This document shows, in pieces, positions 9,053 to 19,138 of a DNA stretch of 64,000 bases. Numbering within the stretch: position 1 is the first letter of the stretch; each line of letters starts with the position of its first letter. Made by a program: the position numbers and the translations under genes. The notes beneath the pieces are model-generated. The model saw only the letters and a program-made list of their open reading frames with translations, was not told the DNA's origin and searched no databases. This stretch comes from an uncultured delta proteobacterium (GTDB lineage: Bacteria > Myxococcota > Myxococcia > SLRQ01), in assembly GCA_963727485.1 (NCBI GenBank), contig CAVSGM010000002.1, positions 1,088,001-1,152,000 of the forward strand, in the 5' to 3' direction.

Positions 9053-10414
9053 ATGGCCCTCCCCCGGTCCCAGCCCAGCACCCGCCCCGGCCCGCCCCCG
9101 ATCCCGCCCGAGGCGGCCGTGGCCGCCGGCCCCGACCCTGCGGTGGTGCGCCTGCGGATGCGCCTCCAGGGGGTCCTCGACGCCCTGACCATCCTCGGGC
9201 GGGTGGCCCCGGAGGACGACCTCCTCGGGCCCATCCGCATGGCCTGCGAGGCCCTGGTCCCGGAGGTCGCCGATCCCGGGGCCGAGGTGGTGCCGATGTT
9301 CCGGCGGCCGCTGCCCGACGACCTCGAGGGCTTCGAGCGGGACCTGGGGCGGGTGGAGCAGGCGATCCTCGCCGCCGACGCCGCGGTCCCGATGCTCCTG
9401 TTCCGCAAGCGCTTCGACGCCCGGGACCTCCCGCGCCCGGCCCTGGCCCGCTACGCGGCGCTCCTGGCCGCCAACCTCGGCACCGACGCCGAGCGCCGGG
9501 ACCGGGTGGAGATGCTGGTGACGCGGATGGTCACCGTGGAGACCCCGGGGGGCCTGGTGCGCCTCGAGGACCGGAGCCGGGTGTGGTCGCTCTTGCGCCA
9601 GGTCACCGGCTCCCGGCAGATGGCCCCCGAGGACCGCGACAAGGTGCTCGGCTTCCTCACCGAGCAGGGTGAGCGCCTCTCGCACTTCGAGAGCACCGAG
9701 GCCCTCTTCCAGGAGGGCTTCTACGCCAACGTCTACGGCTACAAGCTGGCGCTCCGGGAGCGGATGCTCGACCCCCAGGTGCTCTACGCCATCGCCTGGC
9801 TCAACGCGGCGATCACCAACTTCAACCGCCTGCGCGCCCCGGAGTCGGAGGCGGCGATCCACGCCCGGGCCAAGGCGGTGCGCCAGGAGGTCCACGGGGT
9901 CTTCCACCTCGGCCGCAACCTGGAGCAGGCGGCGACCACCCAGCGCTTCGAGGTCTTCCGCGACCAGGCCCGGGCCCAGGCGCGGGTGCAGGTCGTCAGC
10001 GCCAAGGGGGGCGGGCTCTCCGCGGCGCGCCCCCGCCACCGGGCCCGGCTCCAGGAGGTCGAGGTCCCCTGGCGCCGGGTGGCCCAGGTCCTGGCGGTGG
10101 TCCTCGTCGTCTTCGGCGGCGCCCGGGTGATCCGCCAGTGGCAGACCACCCACCGCTACGAGCAGATCACCGAGGACCAGGCCCGGTCCCTGGCGCCGTG
10201 GATCGAGGATGCCTCCCGGGACCCGGGCGACGGCACCCTCCTGGGCGAGGTGGATCCGGCGCTGTGGCAGGCGCTCTCCCCGGTTGCGCGCAAGCTGGCC
10301 GCCGACGCCCTCGCCCGCGACCTCTCCGCCGGCGGCACCCTCGCCGTGCTGCTGACCTCAGATGGGCACCCGGTGATCCAGATCGACCGGGGCCAGGTGG
10401 TGTACGTCCAATGA
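9053..10414 (+). CDS. Hypothetical membrane-anchored protein (large cytoplasmic helical domain, one TM, small C-terminal domain)
   Basis: 453 aa ORF with host-like codon bias; TM VAQVLAVVLVVFGGA; stop overlaps pilin ATG. Confidence 0.75.
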   Translation: MALPRSQPSTRPGPPPIPPEAAVAAGPDPAVVRLRMRLQGVLDALTILGRVAPEDDLLGPIRMACEALVPEVADPGAEVVPMFRRPLPDDLEGFERDLGRVEQAILAADAAVPMLLFRKRFDARDLPRPALARYAALLAANLGTDAERRDRVEMLVTRMVTVETPGGLVRLEDRSRVWSLLRQVTGSRQMAPEDRDKVLGFLTEQGERLSHFESTEALFQEGFYANVYGYKLALRERMLDPQVLYAIAWLNAAITNFNRLRAPESEAAIHARAKAVRQEVHGVFHLGRNLEQAATTQRFEVFRDQARAQARVQVVSAKGGGLSAARPRHRARLQEVEVPWRRVAQVLAVVLVVFGGARVIRQWQTTHRYEQITEDQARSLAPWIEDASRDPGDGTLLGEVDPALWQALSPVARKLAADALARDLSAGGTLAVLLTSDGHPVIQIDRGQVVYVQ

Positions 10415-11274
10415 GACCCGACCAACGTGGCTTCACCCTCATCGAGCTGGTCCTGGTGCTGGCGGTGATCTCCGTGCTCGCGGCGCTGGCCATCCCCAAC
10501 CTCCTGGGGCAGGCGACCCGCGCCAAGCGCACCGAGGCGCGCCAGGGGCTGGCGGCGCTCTATACCGCCGAGAAGGCCTGGTACGAAGCCCACGACGCCT
10601 ACAGCACCGACTTCAACCTCCTCGGCTTCGCCGTCACCGGCGGCCGGGTGGTCTCGCCCACCGAGTACCTGGGGCGCCGGTACACCTACCAGCTCTCCCA
10701 GCCGGACGGCACCGGGACCTTCTATGCCACCGCCACCGGGAACCTGGACGGGGACAGCTTCCTCGACGTGCTGGTGCTGCGGCAGACCGGGCCGGCGCAG
10801 TGGGTGCTCTATGACGACGTGTCCAACGCGTACAACCCCGAGCCCGTGGCCAGCACGAGCGGGGGCAGCGGCGGCGGCGGCAGCAGCTCCGGCGGCGGCA
10901 GCAGCTCCGGCGGCGGCAGCAGCTCCGGCGGCGGCAGCAGCTCCGGCGGCGGCAGCAGCTCCGGCGGCGGCAGCAGCTCCGGCGGCGGCAACGGCGGCGG
11001 CAACGGCGGCGGCAACGGCGGCGGCAACGGCGGCGGCAACGGCGGCGGCAACGGCGGCGGCAACGGCGGCGGCAACGGCGGCGGCAACGGCGGCGGCAAC
11101 GGCGGCGGCAACGGCGGCGGCAACGGCGGCGGCAACGGCGGCGGCAACGGCGGCGGCAACGGCGGCGGCAACGGCGGAGACAACGGCGGTGGCAGAGGCG
11201 GCGGCAAGAGCAACGGCGGCGGCAACGGCCGGGGCCGGGGCGGTCGGTGGGGCGGCGGGGGCAGGGGCGACTGA
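10411..11274 (+). CDS. Type IV pilin-like protein with Gly/Ser/Asn repeat tail
   Basis: Prepilin cleavage motif QRG|FTLIELVLVLAVISVLAALAIP; KRTEARQGL..LYTAEKAWY; GNLDGDSFLD as in myxobacterial pilins. Confidence 0.88.
   Translation: MRPDQRGFTLIELVLVLAVISVLAALAIPNLLGQATRAKRTEARQGLAALYTAEKAWYEAHDAYSTDFNLLGFAVTGGRVVSPTEYLGRRYTYQLSQPDGTGTFYATATGNLDGDSFLDVLVLRQTGPAQWVLYDDVSNAYNPEPVASTSGGSGGGGSSSGGGSSSGGGSSSGGGSSSGGGSSSGGGSSSGGGNGGGNGGGNGGGNGGGNGGGNGGGNGGGNGGGNGGGNGGGNGGGNGGGNGGGNGGGNGGGNGGDNGGGRGGGKSNGGGNGRGRGGRWGGGGRGD
10873..11172 (+). repeat. Coding tandem repeats: (GGCGGCGGCAGCAGCTCC)x6 then (GGCGGCGGCAAC)x16
   Basis: Read directly: 18-bp units 10873-10980 (GGGSSS) and 12-bp units 10981-11172 (GGGN). 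Confidence 0.97.
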
Positions 11275-11330
11275 CCGCAGCGGGCCGCGGCGGCCCCGCG
11301 CACCTGGACGGGGCCGCGGCGGGGCATTAC

Positions 11331-11795
11331 ATGCCTCCCATGGCCACGCCGACGATCCCCGAGCACATCTTTGAGGACACCAAGGTCGCCATGAAGGCGA
11401 GGCGGCCGGCCGAGGTCTCGGCCCTCCGGATGCTCGCCGCGGCGCTGAAGAACAAGCGCATCGAGCTCGGCCACGACCTCACCGACGACGAGGCCATCGC
11501 GGTCCTCACCACCGAGGCGAAGAAGCGCCGGGAGTCGGTGGAGGCCTACCGCGGCGCCGGCCGCACCGAGCTCGCCGACAAGGAGGAGGCGGAGCTGGCG
11601 GTCCTCGCCCGCTACCTGCCCCAGCCGCTCACCGACGACGAGGCCCGGGCCATCGTCGCCGAGGTCGTCGCCGAGGTCGGCGCCACCTCGCCCCAGGACC
11701 TGGGGAAGGTCATGGGCAAGGTGATGGGCCGGGTGAAGGGCCGCTTCGACGGGGGCCGGGTCAAGGACCTGGTCCTCGAGCGCCTCCAGGGCTGA
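11331..11795 (+). CDS. GatB/YqeY domain protein
   Basis: LRMLAAALKNKRIE...KKRRESVEAY...YLPQPL...DLGKVMG. Confidence 0.92.
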   Translation: MPPMATPTIPEHIFEDTKVAMKARRPAEVSALRMLAAALKNKRIELGHDLTDDEAIAVLTTEAKKRRESVEAYRGAGRTELADKEEAELAVLARYLPQPLTDDEARAIVAEVVAEVGATSPQDLGKVMGKVMGRVKGRFDGGRVKDLVLERLQG

Positions 11796-11903
11796 GCCAA
11801 GGCGCGCGCGCCGGGAGGTGAGCGCGCCCCGGCGGGGGACCCGCGGGCGCCGGCGGCGCGGTGCGCCCGTGGGGCGGACGTGCGCCGGTGGCCGACCCTC
11901 GCC

Positions 11904-11955
11904 TTGACACGGCGGGGGGGCAATCGCTAGTTTGTTCGCAGGCCGAACAAAGTCA
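11904..11955 (+). promoter_or_regulatory. sigma70-type promoter (TTGACA 11904, TAGTTT 11928) overlapped by ROK-type operator TAGTTTGTTCG-N5-CGAACAAAGTCA
   Basis: AT-rich dyad TTTGTTCG/CGAACAAA in very GC-rich DNA, upstream of the transporter; matches the second site at 25403-25430. Confidence 0.8.
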
Positions 11956-12006
11956 CGGCGTCCGGTCCCCGCCGGGGCCCGTCCCGCTCTCATGCAAGGG
12001 TGAACG

Positions 12007-13572
12007 ATGCGCCTCTCGGACCGCGTCCGCTCCATCTCCCGCCTGGCCCTCTCGGCCTGGCACCGCCGGGTCGAGCCCGGGGCCGAGGACGGAGCGCCGC
12101 GCCACTACGCCACCGCCCCCGAGGACCGGCTCTCCTTCGGCAGGAAGCTCCTCTACGGCGCCGGGGCCTTCGTCAACAACCTCCTCGCCGCGGCCATCGG
12201 CGGGATGGTCATCATCCTCAACCTGGGCCTGGGCATGAACCCGGCCCTGGTGGGCCTGGTCAGCGCCCTGCCCCGGGTGACCGACGCCATCACCGACCCG
12301 GTGATGGGCTACCTCTCGGACAACACCCGGTCGCGGTGGGGCCGGCGCCGGCCGTACATCTTCGTCGGCGCCCTGGCCGCGGGCCTCATCTTCGCCCTCT
12401 TGTGGCAGCTGCCCGGCGGCAAGAGCCAGACGTTCTACTTCTGGTTCTTCCTCGCCGGGTCGATCGTCTTCTACCTGGCGTACACCGTCTTCGCCACGCC
12501 CTGGGTGGCGCTGGGCTACGAGCTCACGCCGGACTACCACGAGCGCACCCGGCTGATGGGGGTGCAGAACTTCATCGGGCAGCTCGCCTACGTCATCAGC
12601 CCCTGGTTCCTGTGGTTCATGACCTACAAGCCCTGGTTCAAGACCCAGGCGGCGGGGGCGGCGGTGCTGGCGATCGTGGTGGGGGTGACCGCCGCGGGCT
12701 TCGGGATCCTCCCGGCGCTCTTCCTCCGGGAGCGGCTGCTGAAGGTCGCCACCGCCGAGGCCGAGGCCGAGCGCCCCACCGACGGCCTGCTCCAGAACGT
12801 CAAGAGCTTCGCCCGGGGGATGGCGGTCACCATCCGCTCCAAGCCCTTCCTCAAGCTCGCCGCCGCCACCTTCCTGGTGTTCAACGGCTTCATGCTCGTC
12901 TCCTCGTTCCAGTTCTACGTGATCATCTACTACGTGTTCGGGGGCGACCAGGCCATGGGGGCCCGGTACGCCGGCTACGCGGGGACCGTGGGCGCCGTCT
13001 CCACCTTCGGGGTGATCTTCCTGGTGACCTGGCTGGGGACCCGCATCGGCAAGCGCCGGGCGTTCTTCGTGTCCACCGGCATCTCCATGGTCGGCTTCGC
13101 CCTCAAGTGGTTCGCCTACAACCCCCGCTACCCGATCCTGGTGATCCTCCCGGCGCCGCTGATCGCCTTCGGCCTCGGCGGGCTGTTCACCCTCATGGGC
13201 TCGATGATCGCCGACGTGGTCGACGTCGACGAGCTCACCACCCACGAGCGCCGGGAGGGGATGTACGGCTCCATCTTCTGGTGGGTGGTGAAGCTGGGGA
13301 TGGCGGCGGCGCTGGCCGGCGGGGGCGTGCTCCTCAACGCCACCGGCTTCGACGTGCACCTCGGGGGCCACCAGGCCGCGTCGACCATCACCTGGATGCG
13401 CGTGTGCGACGCCTTCATCCCGGTCGTCGCCTCGGCGATCGCCATCTGGGCCATCGCCGCCTACCCCATCACCGAGGAGCGCGCCCACGAGGTGCGCACC
13501 GAGCTCGAGGCCCGCCGGGGCAAGGGCAACGCCGGGCCCCCTCCCGGCGACCCGGAGGTGGCCGTCCCATGA
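12007..13572 (+). CDS. GPH/MelB-type MFS sugar transporter
   Basis: DAITDPVMGYLSDNTRSRWGRRRPYI, ELTPDYHERTRL, ADVVDVDEL...RREG; about 12 TM. Confidence 0.92.
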   Translation: MRLSDRVRSISRLALSAWHRRVEPGAEDGAPRHYATAPEDRLSFGRKLLYGAGAFVNNLLAAAIGGMVIILNLGLGMNPALVGLVSALPRVTDAITDPVMGYLSDNTRSRWGRRRPYIFVGALAAGLIFALLWQLPGGKSQTFYFWFFLAGSIVFYLAYTVFATPWVALGYELTPDYHERTRLMGVQNFIGQLAYVISPWFLWFMTYKPWFKTQAAGAAVLAIVVGVTAAGFGILPALFLRERLLKVATAEAEAERPTDGLLQNVKSFARGMAVTIRSKPFLKLAAATFLVFNGFMLVSSFQFYVIIYYVFGGDQAMGARYAGYAGTVGAVSTFGVIFLVTWLGTRIGKRRAFFVSTGISMVGFALKWFAYNPRYPILVILPAPLIAFGLGGLFTLMGSMIADVVDVDELTTHERREGMYGSIFWWVVKLGMAAALAGGGVLLNATGFDVHLGGHQAASTITWMRVCDAFIPVVASAIAIWAIAAYPITEERAHEVRTELEARRGKGNAGPPPGDPEVAVP

Positions 13573-14951
13573 CGGGCCGCTTCCCACCGGGCTTCGCCTT
13601 CGGGGTCGCCACCTCGGCGCTGCAGATCGAGGGCGCCGCCTCCGAGGACGGCCGGGGCGCGTCGATCTGGGACCGGTTCGCGGCCACCCCGGGGCGCGTC
13701 CGGGGCGGCGACGACGCCACCGTCGCCTGCGACCACTACCACCGGTGGCGCGAGGACCTGGCGCTGATGCGGGACCTCGGCGTCGACGCCTACCGGTTCT
13801 CGGTGGCCTGGCCGCGGATCCAGCCCACCGGCCGGGGCAAGGCCAACGCCCGGGGCCTCGACTTCTACGAGCGGCTGGTCGACGCCCTCCTCGAGGCGGG
13901 CATCGCGCCGGTGGCCACCCTCTACCACTGGGACCTGCCCCAGGCGCTCCAGGACCGGGGCGGCTGGGGGAGCCGGGAGACCGCCCACGCCTTCGCCGAG
14001 TACGCCGGGATCGTCGCCGGTTGCCTCGGGGACCGGGTGGCCACCTACGTGACCCACAACGAGCCCTGGTGCGCCGCCCACCTGGGCCACGAGTTCGCCG
14101 TCCACGCCCCCGGCCTCGCCGATCCGGCCCTGGCGCTCGCCGCCGGCCACCACCTGCTGCTCTCCCACGGCCTGGCGGTGCCGGCAATCCGCGCCCGGGC
14201 GAAGGCGGCGAAGGTGGGCCTGGTGAACATCGTCTCCCCGGTGGTGCCGGAGACCGAAAGCGACGCCGACCGGGACGCCGCCCGGGCCTACGACGGCTTC
14301 TTCAACCGCTGGTACCTCGACCCCGTCTTCCACGGTCGCTACCCGGCCGACGCCGTCGCCGACCGGGTCGCCCGGGGGCACCTGGAGCCGGGCCCCCTGC
14401 CCTTCGTCCGGGACGGGGACCTCGCCACCATCGCCGCGCCCCTCGATCTCCTCGGCCTCAACTACTACAGCCGCACCGTGGTCAGCGGCGTCCCCGGCGA
14501 CGACGGCGCCGAGCCCCCGCGGCCGGTCCAGCGCGCGCCCGCCGAGGCCCTCACCGAGATGGGCTGGGAGGTCTTCCCCCAGGGCCTCGAGGACGCCCTG
14601 CGCCGGGTCCACCGGGACTACGGGCCGAAGGAGATCCAGGTCACCGAGAACGGCATCGCCCTGCCCGACGTCGTCGACCCGGGCGGCCGGGTGCGGGACC
14701 CGCGGCGCTCGGCGTTCCTCGTCGATCACCTGGCGGCGCTCCTGCGCGCCGTCGACGCCGGGGTGCCGGTGACCGGCTACTACCACTGGTCCCTCCTGGA
14801 CAACTTCGAGTGGGCCGAGGGCTACGCCCGGCGCTTCGGCCTCGTCCACGTCGACTTCGACACCCTCCGCCGCACGCCCAAGGAGAGCGCGGCCACCTAC
14901 CGCGAGGTGGTGGCGCATCGAGCCCTCCCCGACGCGGCGCCTGACGCATGA
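13569..14951 (+). CDS. GH1 beta-glucosidase (cytoplasmic)
   Basis: FPPGFAFGVATSALQIEGA, YRFSVAWPRI, TLYHWDLP, HNEP (acid/base), VTENG (nucleophile), DNFEW; no signal peptide; ATG overlaps transporter stop. Confidence 0.95.
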   Translation: MTGRFPPGFAFGVATSALQIEGAASEDGRGASIWDRFAATPGRVRGGDDATVACDHYHRWREDLALMRDLGVDAYRFSVAWPRIQPTGRGKANARGLDFYERLVDALLEAGIAPVATLYHWDLPQALQDRGGWGSRETAHAFAEYAGIVAGCLGDRVATYVTHNEPWCAAHLGHEFAVHAPGLADPALALAAGHHLLLSHGLAVPAIRARAKAAKVGLVNIVSPVVPETESDADRDAARAYDGFFNRWYLDPVFHGRYPADAVADRVARGHLEPGPLPFVRDGDLATIAAPLDLLGLNYYSRTVVSGVPGDDGAEPPRPVQRAPAEALTEMGWEVFPQGLEDALRRVHRDYGPKEIQVTENGIALPDVVDPGGRVRDPRRSAFLVDHLAALLRAVDAGVPVTGYYHWSLLDNFEWAEGYARRFGLVHVDFDTLRRTPKESAATYREVVAHRALPDAAPDA

Positions 14952-14958
14952 GGCCGCC

Positions 14959-17900
14959 ATGAGCAAGAGATCCTCGCCCCCGCCTCGTCGCCCGCCTTCA
15001 GGTCCCCTCGCCGCGCTCTGCTGCGCCGCCGCCGTCCTCGGGGCCGGTCCCGCCCGCGCGGCGACGCCGCCGCCGGAGCCCCAGGCGACGCCCGCGCCGG
15101 CCCCGAAGGCGACACCGGCGGCGAAGCCCGCGCCCGCGCCGGCGATCCACGTGGCCCACGTCCCCGGCGGCCTCGAGCTCGTCGTCCACGGCAAGCCCTT
15201 CCTCGTCCGCGGGATGAACTGGGACTACTTCCCCATCGGCACCAACTACAACTACAGCCTCTGGACCCAGCCCGACGCGGTGATCAAGGCGGCGCTGGCC
15301 AACGAGATGCCCCTGATGAAGCGCATGGGCGTCAACGCCGTCCGCCTCTACGCCCCGGTGCCCCGCCGCTGGATCGCGTACATCTACCAGACCTACGGGA
15401 TCTGGACGGTCCTCAACCACACCATGGGCCGCTACGGGTTCTCGCTGAACGGCACCTGGATCGCCCAGGTCGACTACTCGGACCCCACCTTCCGCAAGGC
15501 GGTGAAGGCCGAGATCGCGAAGATGGTGAAGCGCGACCGGAACACCCCGGGCCTGTTGATGTGGGTGTTCGGCAACGAGAACAACTACGGGCTGTCCTGG
15601 AGCTCCTTCGAGATCGAGAACCTGCCCCAGGGCGAGCGGCAGCGCGCCCGGGCGAAGTACCTCTACTCGCTCTTCGGCGAGATCCTCGAGGAGACCAAGC
15701 ACCTCGACCCGGACCACCCGGTGGCCATCGCCAACGGCGACCTCCAGTACCTCGACCTCATCAAGACCGAGTGCCCGGACCTCGACGTGCTCGGGGTCAA
15801 CGCCTACCGCGGCGCCTCCATGGGCGACCTCTACCAGCGGGTCATGGACACCCTCGGGGTGCCGGTGATGTTCACCGAGTTCGGGTCCGACGCCTACGAC
15901 GCCCGGCGCCACCGGGAGGACGACCTGATGCAGGCCCGCTACCTCCTCGCCCAGTGGAAGGAGATTCTACGAGCAGACCGCGGGCAAGGGCCGGGTGGGC
16001 GACGCCATCGGCGGCTTCGTGTTCCAGTGGGCCGACGGGTGGTGGAAGTACCAGCAGAACACCCACCTCTCGATCCACGACACCGACGCCTCCTGGGCCA
16101 ACGGCGGCTACAAGGAGGACTACGTCCAGGGCGAGAACAACATGAACGAGGAGTGGTGGGGGATTTGCGCCAAGGGCCCCGCCAACGCCGAGGGCCTCTA
16201 CCCCCTCTACCCGCGGACCGCCTACTACGCGCTCCAGGACGCCTTCCGGCTCCCGGCCTACGGCCCCGGGATCACCCGGGCGAAGATCGACCAGCACTTC
16301 GACGCCGTCGTCCCCTCCGAGCTCGCCTACCACTACCAGGCCGAGAAGGCCCAGGCCGGGGTGGCGCGGCTCGAGCTGGCCCACGTGTCGATGGCGCGCC
16401 TCGACTTCTCCACCTACTCCACCGGCGGAAACAAGCAGTGGGATTGGCCGGGGGTCCCGGGAGGCGGCCACGGCTTCGACCACATGGAGTCGGCCTACCT
16501 CGGGGTCACGGTGAACCCCACCTCGCGGGTCACCGGCGACCTCCAGCTCAACGTCCTCGGCAACGTGGCCCAGAACCCCCTCGACGAGCTCTTCTACGAG
16601 CGCGCCGGCCGGCCGATCCCCGTCTACACCCGCTCGCCGGACCCCTACGATCCCGCGGGCCAGCGCACCCTGGAGAGCTTCCAGGACCTCCCGGTCCTCT
16701 CCCGGGTGCGCATCTACAAGGCGAGCCTCACCTGGGACTCGGACTACTTCAAGGTGAACGGCTTCTACCGCACCGGTCACTACCACTGGGCCGACGAGGG
16801 CGACGTCTTCGGCCTCTATCGCGAGGCCAACTACGGCGCCAACGCCGACATCTACGACGCCAACGTCCCCATCGGCCTCGAGGTCGAGGGCAAGCGCGCC
16901 CTCTCGGGCCTCAAGCTCGCCTTCGGGCCCCAGCTGTGGTGGGGCGCCAACCCCACGGTGCTGGCCAAGTACCGCCTGGCGCTCGGCCGCAGCCACCTCA
17001 CCCTCCTCCACGAGGAGGACCTCGCCGCCGCCGGCGCCACCGGCCTCTCGTCGGCGGCCCCGGAGCTGGCGACCCGCAAGACCGAGCTCGCCTTCCAGAC
17101 GCGCCTCTACGGCTTCGGGGTGGAGCTCGCGGGCCTGTGGTCGGGCTCGACCCTCATCGGCCGCAGCTTCCTCGACCCCGAGAACCGGCCCCAGCAGGTG
17201 AAGCTCCAGGACACCTTCGGGGCCCGGGCCAAGGTGACCTTCGAGCGCGGTCCCTGGCACTGGTACGCCCAGGGCGCCTACATGGGCCTGGTCGCCGACG
17301 CCGCCCCCGACCCCCGGGTGACCTTCACCGGCTGGACCCTCAAGGACTCGGGCTCGGGGAACCAGGTCAACGCCATGACCGGGCTGGCGGTGAACCTGGG
17401 GATGTTCCAGATCGGCCCCAACCTCCTGTGGCAGAGGCCCCTGGTGGGCCCGGGCCACAGCATCACCAACATCGCCGCGTCCCGGAACATCGACGCCGAC
17501 CCCTTCGTGGTCCGGGGCAACCGGGAGACCCAGGCCGCGGAGCTGATGCTGGTCTTCGACCCCACCCCGGCCACCTGGATGTGGCAGTGGGACAACGACC
17601 TGCAGGAGAACGCCCCCATCGCCGTGAGCCTCGACCTCGTCTACCGGCACCAGCCCACCGCCACCGACGCCGGGACCTTCTACGCCCCCGACGGCACCAC
17701 CCGCTTCGCCTTCCCCGCCGGGGTCCCCGCCGCCGACGTCTACGAGCTCCACCTCCGGGCGGTCTCGGCGCCGGTGCCGGGCCTGCGCCTGGTCCTCCAC
17801 GCCTGGGCCGGCAACGAGCAGTCCACCGGCAACAGCACCCGCCAGCCCCACCGCTACGGCTTCGACTTCACCCTGGGGTGGCACGCCCTCCAGGTGAGCG

Positions 17901-18164
17901 GCTTCGCCAAGTTCAACGACTGGGGCCCCTACGACTACTACCGCGACTTCAACCTCACCTTCCCCCTCCAGCTGATGGCCGACGTCTCCTACACCCTGGG
18001 GCCGGTGCGGTGGCTGTGGCAGCAGCAGACGAAGATCGGGATCCGGGTGATGGACCGCTACCTCAACGGCTACTCCGGCGGCCGCTACGTCCAGAACCCG
18101 AACGACCCGACCACCTGGGGCGAGGCCTACGAGATTCCGCACCTACCTGTCCTTGAGCCTGTGA
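14959..18164 (+). CDS. Secreted GH-A clan TIM-barrel glycoside hydrolase (GH158/GH2-like) fused to a predicted outer-membrane beta-barrel; two +1 frameshifts (~15965, ~18135)
   Basis: Signal peptide, GMNWDYFPIG, GVNAVRLY, GNENNY, FTEFG; removing one T at each GAGATTC joins the two ORFs and gives C-terminus YEIRTYLSLSL* whose TGA overlaps the GH17 ATG. Confidence 0.75.
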
Positions 18165-19138
18165 TGGCGGCGCGAAGCCTCCTCGCCCTGGCCCTGGCGG
18201 CGGCGCTGGGATCGGGGTGCGCCCACCGCCCGGCGCCCTTCGCCTCCGCCGCCGGGCCCGGCCCCGGGATCGACTACGGGCCGTTCCGGGCCGGCCAGCG
18301 CCCCGGGGGCCCCGGGCCCACCCGGGCCCAGCTCCGCCAGGATCTCCACCTCCTGGCGCACCGCTTCCACCTTGTGCGCCTCTACGCCTCGGACGGTCCC
18401 ACGCCCGTGATCCTCTCGGTGATCTCCGAGGACCACCTGCCCCTGGAGGTCCTCCTCGGCGCCTGGATCGCCCCGGAGCCCGGCGCCGCCGCCCGGGCCG
18501 CCAACGCCGCCCAGGTCCACGCTGCCCTGCGCCTCGCCCGCGCCCACCCGGGGATCGTGGTGGGCCTTCTGGTCGGCAACGAGACCCGGGTGAGCTGGTC
18601 GAGCCACCGGGTACGGGAGGCGGTGCTCCTCCACTGGCTCGAGGTCGCCCGCCGGGGGAGCCGCCTGCCGGTGGCCACCGCCGACGACTACCTCTACTGG
18701 CTCACCCCGGAGAGCGACCGGGTGGCGGCGCGCTGCGACTTCCTGGTCACCCACGTCTATGCCATGTGGCATGGCAAGCAGGTGCCAGATGGCATCGCGT
18801 TCACCCGGCGCCGGTACCAGGCGGTGCGCCGGCGCCACCCGGGCCTGCCGGTCCTCCTCGGGGAGGTGGGCTGGGCCACCGACCGGGGCACCGGAGGCGA
18901 CCAGGGCCGGCTCATCCACGGCGAGGCCAGCGAGGCGGCCCAGCGCCGCTTCTATCGGGACTGGCGACGCTGGGTGGTCCGCGACCGGATCCCCAGCACC
19001 TGGTTCGAGGCCTTCGACGAGCCCTGGAAGGGCGGCGCCAATCCCCACGACGTGGAGAAGCACTGGGGGCTGTGGCGCGCCGACCGGAGCCCCAAGGCGG
19101 CGCTCGCGCCCACGCCGCGTTCGGCCCCGGCGCCCTAG
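18164..19138 (+). CDS. GH17-family beta-1,3-glucanase/glucosyltransferase, lipoprotein
   Basis: LGSGC lipobox; YGPFRAGQ, VRLYA, VGNE, GEVGWAT, FEAFDEPWK, EKHWGL. Confidence 0.85.
   Translation: MAARSLLALALAAALGSGCAHRPAPFASAAGPGPGIDYGPFRAGQRPGGPGPTRAQLRQDLHLLAHRFHLVRLYASDGPTPVILSVISEDHLPLEVLLGAWIAPEPGAAARAANAAQVHAALRLARAHPGIVVGLLVGNETRVSWSSHRVREAVLLHWLEVARRGSRLPVATADDYLYWLTPESDRVAARCDFLVTHVYAMWHGKQVPDGIAFTRRRYQAVRRRHPGLPVLLGEVGWATDRGTGGDQGRLIHGEASEAAQRRFYRDWRRWVVRDRIPSTWFEAFDEPWKGGANPHDVEKHWGLWRADRSPKAALAPTPRSAPAP

Noticed and set aside
10873..11172. Possible CRISPR or non-coding repeat array
   Set aside because: Head-to-tail 18- and 12-bp units with no spacers, in frame within the pilin CDS
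15995..19138. Apparent beta-barrel-GH17 fusion protein
   Set aside because: Produced by the extra base at ~18135; GH17 has its own ATG (18164) and lipoprotein signal overlapping the corrected upstream stop
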